Below, piece after piece: positions 1 through 13,180 of a stretch of 64,000 nucleotides of DNA (within the stretch, counting starts at the first letter, position 1; every line of letters starts with the position of its first letter). A program made the translations under genes and the position numbers. This DNA comes from Yuukianura sp. NJ FZ-2021. Lineage: Eukaryota. The notes beneath the pieces are model-generated. The model had not been told where the DNA came from, did no database searches, and saw only the letters and a program-made list of their open reading frames with translations. The DNA lies in contig CM102290.1 of the NCBI GenBank assembly GCA_046563655.1, forward strand, positions 9,796,001 through 9,860,000, written 5' to 3'.

Positions 1-3000
1 CTCTTAAGTGTGAAAATTGGATCCGGAGGTGTGAAAAGGGAAAAGTGGAGATAAGTGTCCAGTTTCTACTCTCAGATAAACCAGAAAATGAGGAGAAAAG
101 TTGTCAAAAGTTTTCTTTTCTTTTGTTTGTTTTTCAGAAATTGAGATATGAAAGTTAAATTTTGAAAAGTGAATTTTGAAACTTGAAATGTGATGGTGGT
201 TGGTCAAGTTGCGCGGGAAATTTAGAATTTGGAAGGAGATGTTGATGATGCTAGATTTTCATCCCCCGAAGTGGGAAAGTGTGAGTTTTTTTTTATTTTG
301 GGGGAAACTAGGAGTGGATTTGGATTTTTTTTTTGGGTAAAAAAAGTTAAGTCCCGGAGGATGTCAAAGTTCACGCTCAGTGCGTGACCGAGTGTATTGG
401 CTTAAGAAATTAATAAATTTTGGGTTAGGTTGAGCCTAACCTAAACGTAACCTAATAGGCTACGAGTGATGAAGGTTAATTCTTGGAGACGTTTATGACC
501 TAGGGAATGGGTAGGATTTGGATTTGAACATGACACAAAGCTGAGGTTTACCACGAAAACCCAACCCCGAAATTTCACTTTCACCCATTTCCACACTACA
601 AAACAATAACAAATAAACATTTGTCTGGATTTAGGCAAAACTTCTTCCAAATGTTCTCAAAAACATAACCCTACTGTTTCACATTTTTCAGAATTTTAAC
701 CAATTTTTAAATTTCGTGGAAAAAAAAGTACACTTAACGCTATCTTTTTAGCAACCGAATAAATCTACGCAGTTTTAACTACGATGTAAAATCCTAGTTA
801 AAACTGCGTGTAAATCTAGTGGCATGCACCCGATTTTACATAGACGAAAAACTTTCGGTGTCGAGTTTGAAAAAATGTCGGTTTCGAGAAATAAATTGAA
901 ATCACAGCTACAAGTTTTTTTTCTCAGAATACAAAACAACATTCTTGAAAACGAAAAGGAAATCGGAATTTGTTTTTAACAGAATTCGCGTTTGAATTTT
1001 TAATATGCAATGTTAGATTTGATTTTTTTTTCATTTTCGGGTTACGGCTGTTTCGCACCGCATAATTTGTCAGACAAATCAAACAGAAGACAAGTTTTTT
1101 TTCTGTTTGGATTTTGGAAGCTTAGAGAACTCGGTGAGAAGTTTTTTTTGAAAGTCGTGCGATTCAAAAATTTGAAAAATGTGGTTCAACTTTTTTACAT
1201 TGAAAATTTGAAGATGTGGGATAAAGGTTTTGTTATTGTATGTAACTGGAGTGATATTTGTTTTCGGTTGACTTTGTTTTCATGTTTAAGTTTTGATGAT
1301 CTTTGGAAGATGAGGAAGTATTTTGAGTTGAAGTGACAGGGAGCAGCGAAGGAATTGGAGATGAGGCCCTTTGATGAAACGCCGCAGCAGAGGTTACAGT
1401 TACATGTTTTGAAATTTTTGAAAGTTGGCGGGGAAGTTTGAAAAGTTGGAATTGGATTGAAGCGCTGATGTGGTCCCTTGACCTTCTCCTTCCTCCTGTC
1501 CTGTTCCTGTCTAGTGCTGGATGGGAATCTAAATTTGAAGAAAGAAAAAGACAAAACGAAGGACGTAATGAACAATGGGAAATGAGAAATAAGACACAAA
1601 GGAGTCAGTGAGCCTTGAAGGGAGACTTGGGAAGGGAATTCAATAGGTTTTTGGTGAGGTTGGACTTTGTCTAAAAAATACTTTCTGGATAATTACACTT
1701 TTTAGAAAAGAAGAACAAGTTTTGGGAAGGAGGAAAAGGGCAGCTCCGAACACTCATTACAGGAAAACTCAAAAAATACAACTAAATTTAGGCACCCACA
1801 CGTAGACTTTGAGAGAAACATTTTTAGACAATGGAAATTTCATTTTTAGAGTTTCCTTTAAATGGAATAGAGTCTTGTGACCTTTGAGGAATAAACTTGA
1901 CCTTGAGAGAAAAAAAAGTGGAGAAAATTTTTGGTTTTAGAATTCAGAAGTTCGACTTCAAACGATCTGAAAAAACTGGGGCAATGTGAAGCCGGCAAAT
2001 TTCAATTTTTTATAGACGCGGAACAATATTTTTCATTTTGAGTTAGCGTCCACAAAATGTTAGTCGAAACGACGTGATGTGTGAACATGGCTTTAGAATT
2101 TTTTGATATTTTTGGTGTGTCGAAAAATTCGTTTTTTTCTTTCCTTTTTTTAAATTGTTGTACTTTTTGGTGTCCTTTTCTTTTCTTTTTCCACTTCTGG
2201 TTTTTGAAAATTTGAAAGTTGAAAAGGTAGTTTTTTTTTTACTTTTGAATTGGGCGATTTATATGAAAAATTGGCAATTTTAGATTGTTAAAGGTTTTTG
2301 TATTTTTTTTTGTTTTGTAATTTGTATCTTTTTGTAATCGATGTTTTTGTAAATTGTAATTGTAAATTACAACTTGAAGTGGAGAGTCTTCTTGTTCGAA
2401 ACGAAAACCGGTTTTAGAAAACATGACAAAGCCAATTACAACTATGAGCTTGTTTTGTTTGTAATTAAATTACTGAATTGTAGTTTGGAATGGATAAGTT
2501 AGTGTCAATCGTTTTTCAAAATTTTAAAAATGGCCCTGAACTTTTTTTTGAATGAAAATCGAGATTGGACATTTTGGTTTGATTTATTGATGTTTGGTGA
2601 TGACGCCCAGGAAATGGACAGTGATGTCCATTAGGAAGTTCAGGACATTTCAGAAATGTCTTTTTTGGTTACGTTGGTTTTGGGTAGAGCTAGGCATATT
2701 ATATTGTATGCTTTAGGCTAGGTTAATATAAAATATGGCATTACGTTATTAAAAATATGTGAAATATGTTATTAGAGGGGTTAGTAAAAATGTTAAGTTT
2801 GAAATGGTTTTTGGCAGAGTTGAAAGTTGGAAGTGAGAGGGGGATGATTTGAGATGAGTTTTTTAGAGGGATGAGAATCCATTTCACCCCTCTTGTTTTG
2901 GGGGTTGTTTTTTACGACTGTTTGGCACGACAACGCAGAATGATATTTCACTATTTTCCATTCCATTACAGTTGCTAATTCATAATCACAGTTTCAATAT

Positions 3001-5574
3001 GTAACTGCTCAAGAGGCATAAGCACGGACGAACCAAGAAAGGGGGGGGGGACTATGTTGAGAAGTCAATTCATTATGCGCTAAAGTCAAAAACAGGTTTT
3101 CGAGGTGTGATTGAGATTGTAATAGAAGTGGTGGGGGGGGGGGGATGTTGGTGTTGGGAAGCAGGTGAGTAGCCTAGGGGAGGAGGTTAAGTTAGGTGGA
3201 AGCATGTTAATTAGCATTTGGACCTAATTAAAGGTGAGTCGGAAATGCAGAGACATGCGTTCAGAGGTGACATTAAAACGGGAGATGGAATATTTTTAGC
3301 CCCCCACCCCATTTTACCCCCCATTTTTACTCCCCCCACTTTTTTGAGAGTTTGGGGAACGATTCTCACCAATGGTATTTTCTGTGGGTAGAATCCTTAA
3401 CCCCACTCCCCCTACGGAGGGGGAGGGATCAAAACAAAGAAAGTGGGGGTGGGAGGGGGTGGATGAGGTTTTGAAGTCTTCTTGGTCGATTGAAGAAGAG
3501 TTTTTTTTTGGGAAGATTCGATTCCCATAATCCGCTTCACAGCTTTTGGATGAGTCCTGAGGAAAGGAGATTTGAGCTTTTCCTTTACCCATAAAGCAGG
3601 AAAAGGAGAGAAAATATGGAAAGTTTTTTCTGCCTATTTTAAAAATGGGAAGGTGTATAGGGAGGGCTGAGCTTTCTCCCCTTTCCCTCTGCTTTCCCTT
3701 TGGCCGGAATGGATTTGGGTTGATTTTATTGTTATAAGTAGTAATAGCGTAATAAGATGCATGGAGCTGCATTATATATCATCCATGCCTCCATGGACTC
3801 AATCCTCTGCCGCCACATTCAAATTGAAATGATCTCTTTTCATACACCATCATATCTACCTTATTCAACCCTCCTTTCTCCTATTTCATCCCATTTCAAC
3901 CCGAACCAATAACTCATAACTCACCATCTCTCTTTTTCCAAACCAATTTGAAATGGGAAACATTGTTCAAAAAGGAAATTGGAAAGTTTAAACTTACCGC
4001 GCGCAAAAAATACAGTTTTTTTTATAGATCGAACGGTAAAGGAAGCATTTTTCCGTCGAAGGATGGCTGCTAGGGCTGAGCTCAGCTTACAGAATGCGGA
4101 TTTTTAATGGAATGCTACTTGGGGCGATAATTTTAAAAATTTGTTGAAAATATTATGTAATTTTTTGAATATTATAACAAAATCTTGCCCTTGCAGAGGG
4201 AAATAAATTTTGCACGTAACTTGCAAAATTTTTGTGGTAAACTTTGGGGTTATGTAATTTTTTGAATTATGTTAAAATTTCTTCCCCATACAGCCGATAA
4301 TTTAGCGTATAAATGCTAATTGATTTTGTTCAAGGAAATTTTACACATCCGAATTTATTTAGTAGAAGTTTTAATTATTAGGGAAATTCGTAAGCGAAGA
4401 ATTGTTTTTGGCGCAAGGGAAATTTGTTGAACATGAAGGAAATTTTGTTTTTGCGTATGTAAGGAAATCCTAGCTCAGGTAGGAGAAATTTGTTGCATAT
4501 TTTAGGAAAATTTTTTGGCGAGTGAGTAAATTTGTTGTAGGTAGAATGTAAATGACTTTGGGAGATGCCGATGGAAAGTTTTTGGGAACGGGTAGTAGTG
4601 AGTGATTTTGGGGTGATGTGAAGGAGATGTCTAATTAAGAAGGTTCATGTTTTTGGGAGAGAAGGCTGAAGTTCTCATGTTTCTTTCCCCAAAGGCACCT
4701 TAGAAATTAATTCTTGAAAATATTATATTAAGCCAGAGCTCCGTCTCTCCTTACTTTTCCACAATTACTTTCTCCAAGTCTCAGAGGAAATCCAATGCTG
4801 GAAGTAGGGTAGCAGCCCCACCGCCTGCTGTGTTGGCTCGGCTCTGGGGGCAGGGTGAATTGAGACTTTTGAATTGTGAAGCATCTCCTTTCCTTCTCCT
4901 CCTGGGTTTATAACGGTTATTAGACTGAGTGAGTTTTGTATGTTGAAATGATATTGTTAATTACTGGGAGGGAGGAGGGGGAGGGGGTGTAATGTATATT
5001 GGAAGGAAGAAAACCTTTATTGAAAATGGGAACTTTCACTTTGAGACCAAGAGTTGTTGGTTATTAGGGAGTCAAAGTGGAATTTTGGAATAATAAGGGG
5101 TGTATGTTATAATGTTATATCGTATATATTTGCTATAGTATGTTCCGTATATGATATAGGTTAGTGTACTATACTAGTTAGCATATACGTGATAGTGCGG
5201 AGCATATTTGCATAGGATATAAAGCTGGAGCTTGTAATTTTCTAATAGGAGAGGAGTGGGAGGAGAAAAGAAATAATTTCTGGGAGAAAGAACATGGAGA
5301 AAGCAAAGAACAATCCCAAATTCTATTACGCCATCAAAAACTTCTGTCTTCTTTCCTTTATTAAAAGCAATCTTCCAAAAATGAACATTTAAATCTCCTG
5401 TGTATCCCGCCTCATCTCTCTCTTTGTCTTCCCGCTCTTTTGTTATTACAAAACATCATGGCATAAGCCTTTTTTCCCTCTTAATTCCTTTTGAGACTCA
5501 AAACAAGTCAAATGGAGAGACTCTGAAATGTAAAAGAATTAAAAAGTTTAAGAAAAGGTCAATTTTATGCTACA

Positions 5575-5643
5575 GAGGAACGGGGACTCGTACCCCCGGC
5601 GCATCGATTTTGTTGGTGAAAGCATTCCACTGAGCTAGTATCC
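5575..5643 (-). mobile_element. Degenerate tRNA-derived sequence (SINE head or tRNA pseudogene)
   Basis: The minus strand reads TAGCTCAGTGG (A box, 5637-5627) ... GGGGG-TACGAGT-CCCCG (T-arm/B box with TTC changed to TAC, 5597-5581). I could not see a convincing anticodon or acceptor stem. Confidence 0.55.
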
Positions 5644-7359
5644 TAGAAGTTACTGTTTTGCTTTATTTGAGGAACTTGTAATGCAAGGAGGTTGAGCGGC
5701 TATTTTGAACATGAGCAGGTGTAGGAGAGGTTCTTCTTGTCGGAGATTTAGATAAAGTGAAGGAAGTAACTTTTTATATTCAAAGTGCTTTTGGAATTCA
5801 AGGAGATGGAGTGGAGATAGTGGAAGTATCTGACAATTCCAGATGGGTACATATGGGGCGGCGGTTGAATTTGAAAAGTGCAGTTAGGCTATGCTAGCAG
5901 AAATCATGTTAGGGTAGTGTGATGGAAGGAGAAGATTCGACCATTGACTCCTTAATTTATTTAAAAGACGGAAGATGAGATTTTGAAATTTCCCTCGTTT
6001 CTTTCCTGGTTCCCAGAACCCACTCACTTTTGGTCTGTTGAAGTTAGTAGGGACTTAAATAAGCAAAAAAGTATCAAAATATTGATCCAGTTTCATTTTC
6101 ATTGGAGTGGCTTCACTTCTTCTTTCTTTTTCCATAAGCCCCACAGGGATTTGGAACCTACTTTTTAATCATCTAACAAGAGAAACAGGAACTCAAAACG
6201 CCGTTTTATGGCTTCCAATGAAACTTAATACTAGGAGACACTGAATCCTCCAGAACAAGAACCCAGTCAGCACACAAAAGAAAAAATCACGTTTCCAAAC
6301 CCTTTTCAACAAAATACTATAAAGCTTTTTTTTAAGAAAATTATAAATTATAAATTTTGAAAAAAAAAGGAATAATTTCTTTGGCTCAATTGAGTTGTTG
6401 CAGTTTAAATTTTTTTCATTCTTTTAAATAATTCGAAAAATCGAAGAACTACGATTAAAAAAAAAGTGAGCTAAATTGGGGTTAAAATTTTGTTTTTGAA
6501 TTGGCTATGCTAATTAGGTGGAATGCGAAGTTTAAATTTAATTTTGAATAAATATTTTTTGTTTTTTGTTTTAAGAGATGCAAGCGTCTGTGCTTTGAAA
6601 TAATTTTTCACGTACTAAATAATTAATTTGTGTGAGTGTAGTGCTGGTTTTGGAAGGAAGTAGGGAGGGAGGGTGTGGTGGTGACGGTGAGTGAATAAGG
6701 TGATGAGTAGTAAAGTAGAATTATTTAAGGATTAGGAGGCAGGCGTAAGATGAAGACGTTTTCCTTGGGGTGGTGATGGTGGTAAATAGGATTTTAAATT
6801 CTCTTTTACCCCGCGTATTTCCCAGTGCATTCCAACAGTCGTTTTGGTAGTTCTCTTCCAGTTTTAGTGTGTCTAATGATGAGTGAAAATCCCAAGCGGA
6901 AATGTTAACGCCATTAAAACAAAAGGCGGGAGCGGGAGAGATGGAAAATTAAGCTACTCACAGACAAAAACAGGCTTAGAAAACTTTGGAGCAGACTAAA
7001 TAAAAGCGGGGTGGGAAAATTAAACTTTCTCTTTCTCTTCTCAGTAGGGACAGATTCAAAGTCCCAATTCAATCTTCATAGTAAAAACCAACTCAACTCA
7101 TAGTCATAAGTGGACCGGAGGGCACAAAACTTAAAGTAAACTCCAAATTGAAAAGGGGTTTGTTTTTCAAAAATTAAAAATTTCGACATGGACAATTTGG
7201 AATTTCGAAAATGAAATTCGAAAAGTTATGCAGTGATTTAAAAATTATAATTTCTGTTCAATTGTGAATGTCGTACACGGGTTGAAAATTTAACTTTGAA
7301 TTTTTTTCTTCCGGATTTAGTCATTTCTTTCACGTTGAGGTGAATTCGAATTTGTTTAT

Positions 7360-7630
7360 TGTTGATGGAATTGGTGTTTTCGGATTCCGTGCTGACCAAA
7401 TTGTTTGTGGATGGAATTGATTCTTTGATTTTTGTCGGAATTGTTGGTGTTAATAGAATTACTGATGGAATTAGTGTGGATGGAATTTGAGTGGATACAA
7501 TTGGTTGTTGATGGCATTGGTTGTCGAGAAAATTGCGGATCGATTTGAGCTTTTTTTTATTCTTGGCGGATTAGTAGAATCGTTGATGGAATTAGTGTAG
7601 GCGACATAGATTGTTGATGGAATTTGAAGT
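7360..7630. repeat. Degenerate GATGGAATT-based minisatellite in the dac intron
   Basis: At least six copies of (TT/TG)GATGGAATT, with GATGGAATTAGTGT occurring twice. Confidence 0.55.
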
Positions 7631-10600
7631 TGGTGGAGTTGATTGAGGAAGCTTAGGTTTCTTGTCACACTCTGGCTGGAGAAAGTGTGAAGTGTGGGAG
7701 GGTCTGTTTCACTTTTGGAATGATAAATGCTCTCTTGGACTTTGGATTTCACTTTTGGCCTGTTGTGGACACACTTCCGAATTTTCTTTTGGATAAAAAA
7801 GTGAAAGCAGTGTAGGTAGGGATGGACATAGACTTTGGGCAAGAGTGTTGTAGCACATGGGACATGGCACGTGGGACAAATTTGGAAGCAGGAGAAATGA
7901 TTTTTGAGGGCGGGAGTGTGTTTTTCGTTGGAATGAAAAATGAACTTGTTGACATGCTCCAAATTGTTTTTGCATTCCATTTGAGATTTCAAAAATTGAG
8001 AAGCGGGAAGAAGGGAGAAGAGGGATTGACTTTCTGACATGTTTCCATCCTGGTCCATGGAAAACTTTTGACTCGGACGGAATCCAGAACATCCACCTAG
8101 CCTAACCGATCCATTTAGACTTAGAGTTCTCATCCTAACGTAGGCTAACACAAGCCTAACCAAAAACCGCTAAAAACCTAACATAGTCCCACGCAAACCC
8201 GTGCAACGTAAGCAAAAATTGCTGCAAAGCAATGCAATCTGACAAACAATCAGTGGCAAACCTGACCACATTTGTGTAAGAATTTAGATTAAACAAAAAA
8301 TTTTCGGAAAACTGACTTAATTTTTTCAAACTTTTTTCATAAAGTTGCTTCTGTGGTTTTTGAACAAGGGAGACGTGCGCCAGAGAATTGTGTTGAAGGG
8401 GCTTAAGTGTTGTAGGAAGGGAGATGACACTGGGTTTTTGTGTTTAACAAGAATAGGGGGCGGGGTAGGGGTCCATTTCATAAATCAACTGAGAGAACAA
8501 TAAACAAAGGAAAGTAACAATTAAAGGAAAGGAACTGCTCAGATTCTCCATTCTCCATCGAATGTTTTTTTGAATTCAAATTATGATTTTTCTCCCGCCC
8601 TTTTGCCTCTCGACTGAGGGTTTTTCAGTGTTTTGAGAGTTAAGATGAGGGAAGGAGGCTGATTTCATTTAATTTGGGGAAGAAGGAGGCTTAGAAATTA
8701 AATAATGAAAAGGTTTGAAAAGACTTTTGAAACGTATCATCAGGCGAGTGAGGAAATTTGAAGTCAGAATGAATGATTACAGTAATTTTGGAATTGGAAA
8801 TCAGAGGTGCGGTAAGAGTTGGAGGCGGGCTGAGGAGGTTATTCGATTTTGAAAAAGAGAAAAGTGGCTCTTTGGTGAAGGAATCAGTCAAAGGATCCCT
8901 TACAGTCGTTTTTTAAATTTGAAAAAGTTTTTTGGGGGCCCTTGGAATGGTTTGTGGCAGGACGAAGGGCTGAGGAGGAGGAGTGCCTACCTTGTAAATT
9001 GCCTCAATTCTCATAATAACTCTAATCAAAAGTACCCAAATACAGAGTCACTGACAATGAGTTCTGGAACGGAATTAATTCCATATACTTCCAACAAATT
9101 TATTACTCCCTCTCCGCCTCCTCCATTTAAAAACAATTCCAATTACATGGACCATCTTAAATAGAAACAAACCCACCCAATACATTACTTCGCTAAAGCT
9201 CCCAATTCTCACTTTTTAAAAGAATTTCCAAAGTGGGGGAACATATTTATAAAATATTTGTATTTCTTTATTAGAGAGGCTTGCCATGTTTTGTTGCCTA
9301 CTGAGCTGTGAGACCAAAATGTGAAATTTTGAGCTATGAGGGTGAGCATTTGAAAATTATTTTGAATGTTACAGGAATCAAAAATTAATGTCCAGTTTCG
9401 GAAATTACCAATTTCTTTGTCGTTTTAAGCGCCTTGAGGTAAACATTCAAAAAAAAATATCCGACCTTGTACGCAAATGAGCAAATTTGTGTGGTTAGAA
9501 ATTGGTGAATGAGTGGAATGACTTTAGGTTAAGGCCTGTTCACACCGACGTGAAAAGTGACGATGATTTATCAAAGTATAAAACAAAAAAATACAGCTAT
9601 ACAGTATATGAGAGATGGAAATTTGAATTGGTTTTTCTTGTCGCTTTTTGAAAAGCATTTATGTTTGAAGTTGGCGTTGTTTCTTTCTGGTGGTATTTTA
9701 GGTTTAATTGGGTGTGGAGAAGAGGGAGTGCATAAATCAGCTGAAATCTCCCTGCCTCCAATTTCATGTGACAAAATGTTCCGTGTTCTACATGAGTAGT
9801 TATGGAGGGGAGGGGGTGGTTGAGTGCTAAATCCACTCATACATACAACCCATCTTTCCTGTTTGTGGTGGTTGGGCCCAAGTGTGAGTTGATGAGAAGG
9901 AAAACAAGAGAGGGGGAGTTAGTATTTTTTTGTGGGTGGGGAGAAAATTTGAAAGTGGCGCACTACTCAAGATGATGGTTTGGTTGGTTGGTTACTACGG
10001 GAGTTATTTGGTAATCGGATGTGTTTGGGTATGCATAAGGTTCTTAACTTTATCGCCTCTCTCTCGGCTGGTTCTTAGGCCAAGGCTCACTGACTCCTTA
10101 TTACAAATGGAGTTGGAAACCCACTTTTTTTTATTATTCTAATCTTGGGGTTGTGGGGTTTTTTCCCCTGCTTTCACCAGGGGGAGAAAGGGGGAGGAGG
10201 AGGGGGTGATGATGAGAAATAAAAAAATGAGTGTACATGGTGAAATGGTATTGCGATTATTCCCATTCCCCCAGGATACCAATTTAATCTTTTGTGCTGA
10301 TGGGATCATCCCTTTCTTCTTCATTATCAAAAGTTCAAACTGACTTTGGCGGAGCCCTGAACCACCGCTCACTTTGTTTTCATTTTAAACTTTCTTTTCC
10401 ACTTTCTTTCTCTTTTCCCCGCTTTTCTTTTACTCTTTTCGGGCTTTGCTCTTTCTTTTCCCACTTTTCACTTTTCTTCGATTTTTTTTTCTTCCGCGTT
10501 TTCTTTTTCCTTTTAGCAAAGTTGTGACGGTGTATACGCAGCTTTAGGTGAAGATGTGTGCACGTGGCTTTAGGTAAAGTTGTGCACCGCTCAACTTATC

Positions 10601-13180
10601 AATTTCAGTAGAGTAAATTGTCAAAACAGATTAGTTTCTTTCAAAAACAGGGGAGAGGAGTAGGCATAATAGTAATCCTCTGCTTTCCCTTCACTTTCAG
10701 TCTGTAGATGGAAAGAAAGTTTGAACAACTAAAAACCCTGCCGCACCTCCACTTTAGGCTCAACTTGGTGTTTTTCAAGAAAAGTTTTGAATCCTTTCCC
10801 GCTCTTTTTTTTAAAAAACAAATGAGTTGAAAAATTTATTATCCACGTTACCACTTAAAAGTCTACAGGGAATGATGAGGTTTAAATTAATTTCTCTTTG
10901 TCTCTGTGGGCGCGTTCCTTTAAGACTTTTTTTTTATTCAAAAATTTTCTTTTGGCATGTCACTTCATTGGCATTTGGTTCTAGATGGGTAACTTTTGTT
11001 GGAATTTTTTGATGTGTCCATATGTGGTTGGGATGTGGAGGCGGGAGACGTTGTGATTAGGTTAACCTAACCTAACCTGTGAAAGGTGAAACTTGTTGGA
11101 TCTTGACATGGGCGAACGTGGTTATTAGAGTGTCCATGTCAACATTCCCACACACTGACACTCTCTGACAGGGGAGGGCACGGAGCTCCAATCCTGGAAT
11201 CCCAGTGCCCACTTTGGGCCTAAAAATCTAAACACGCAAAGGAACGTTTCAACGGAATCGTCACGTGGGTAGAAGCGGGGCAACGTGAGACGTCAAAGGC
11301 GGGCTCAATTGAATTTGACACAAGTTGAAATGGGGAGGTGGCTCGGAGCGGAAAAGTTGGAACTTTGCGCTCCGAACTTGTGTTTCGGGGACACACAAAG
11401 TTTAGACTGTGATGGGTGCGTGAAAAGTTATGGAAAAGTGAAAAATGGGAGAATGTGAGAAATTCCCGTGGGGAAAATTTAATGGAGTTGCTCAAAATGT
11501 CAACATTGTCATAGGAGAAGAGGGAAATCTACATTTGTCACAAAAAATTCAACTTTTCGTGTTTTTACTTTTACAATTTCAATCTTTTACGATGTCCATT
11601 TCACCGGTTAGGTGAAATGGTGAAAATAATTTTATCAGAAAGTCATTGTCTACCGTTACAAATAGTAGGTTAGGTATGCTTAGGCTACGTTTTCTTATGT
11701 TTGATCTTCTCAGTTTTTGACTTTTTGGCCATATTGTTTTTGACCATATTACGTCGTACCCAACTGTTCACTCTTATGAATCAACTTTCTATGTATACGA
11801 TTCCACTTTTCATGTTTTCGGCTAAATTTTGTATGTTTGAACCCAAGTTGAAGTTCAAAGAGTTGATTGCAACTTTTGAGGTTTTGTACCTAAAATATGC
11901 AAGTGTACCTAGAATTTTTTTTGTTGGGCGAATGGAGATTGCGTAATAGTTGGATAGTTGAAATTGTTGGATGGTGGATGATATGTGATCTCATGGAATC
12001 TTGAGAAAGTCATTAGTGAAGCGGGAGTTTGTTTCATAATAAAATTAGATCTCTAGAGAGTGGCGGTGACTTTGGTGCTTTCTGGTCCTGGGAGAAAGCG
12101 GATTGTAAATTAATTTGTGGCCTAATTGCACGTCTCTTCTCATAAGATATTTAATATTATGGACACAGAAGGAGAAAGGAGGCTCAAATTCCATTATGAG
12201 AGAGAACAAGGAGTTTCCCCACCACCCCCAAACCTCCCCCTTGGGGGGCTTGTAAAGCAAGGGGAGGGGAAAGTGGAATTAGAGAAAAATGCTCATCTCA
12301 TCTTTAACCTAACCTTCTTCCTTGTACCTTTATTTGCCTAATTGAAAAAGTTTAGAAGATGCGGGAGTTTTTGAATTTTGTTGTTAGAGTTTTTAGGAGA
12401 AGGAAAAGTTGTGTTGAAACTGTTGTAGGTTGAGGTTGGAACGTAACCTTTTAGACAAGGAGGGAGGGAATTTTTGAATATGAATATAATCTGTGGTACG
12501 GACGGAGCGGGAGTCAGAGAGTGTACTGGGCTCACCTTATTAGTTTGAAAAAATATGCAATCTAAATGCTTATCTTATTGATTTTCCCTTTCGGGAAGCA
12601 TTAGGGCTTAATGGACGTCTTTTATGCGGCCGCAGAGCCATGTCAATTCTTATTACGGGAACAAAACCATTTAGGAGCTAGAGCGGGACTTTTTCAAAAA
12701 TAAAAACTCCAAGAAACTCTGGCTCTACTCATTATCTTCTCGGATTTCCATATGCACAACAGAGCTAGAAGCTTCCGGGGATAGGAAACGACTAGTGCTA
12801 TTCTCAAAATATGAAAATGGAACTGGGAGAAAGTAGCGAGAAAATTATTCGTTTTTGAAAATAATTGAACGCCTAATTCCAAATTATTTGTGATTTTGGA
12901 AGAGGGAAAGCTGAGTGACTGTTTAGTTTTTCAAGTGGACGGACACATACAGGCGTTTTAAAGTAAAAAGCAACTTTTTTTAAAAAAAATTTTGTAAACC
13001 GCGGTTGCGGCCTCATCGGGTTGGTTTTTACGTTGTCTTTGGTCTTTTGTTGGCCTCAAGTGTGAGGCATTCGGGTTTTTCAATGTAAATGATTAGGTTA
13101 GGCCTAAGCTAATGTTAAGTTGGAAAATGATTTTTCTTTAATTTGAGTAAATTGTTGTTTTTAATCAGAAATTTTTGAAG

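Noticed and set aside
1333..1374. VTGSSEGIG, resembling the SDR dehydrogenase TGxxxGIG motif
   Set aside because: It is bounded by stops within a few codons on both sides and has no compatible splice sites.
1515..1564. Pyrimidine tract plus AG, suggesting a small dac exon
   Set aside because: The resulting phases do not fit the phase-2 acceptor at 13181/13187, and the donor is weak.
7471..8163. 230-aa minus-strand ORF
   Set aside because: It has a non-ATG start, low-complexity composition, overlap with a degenerate minisatellite and no recognisable domain, and it lies antisense in the dac intron.
1..13180. Dachshund DD1 (Ski/Sno) exons
   Set aside because: I found no matching coding sequence by eye. 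The region is treated as a long intron with the DD1 exons upstream of the window.
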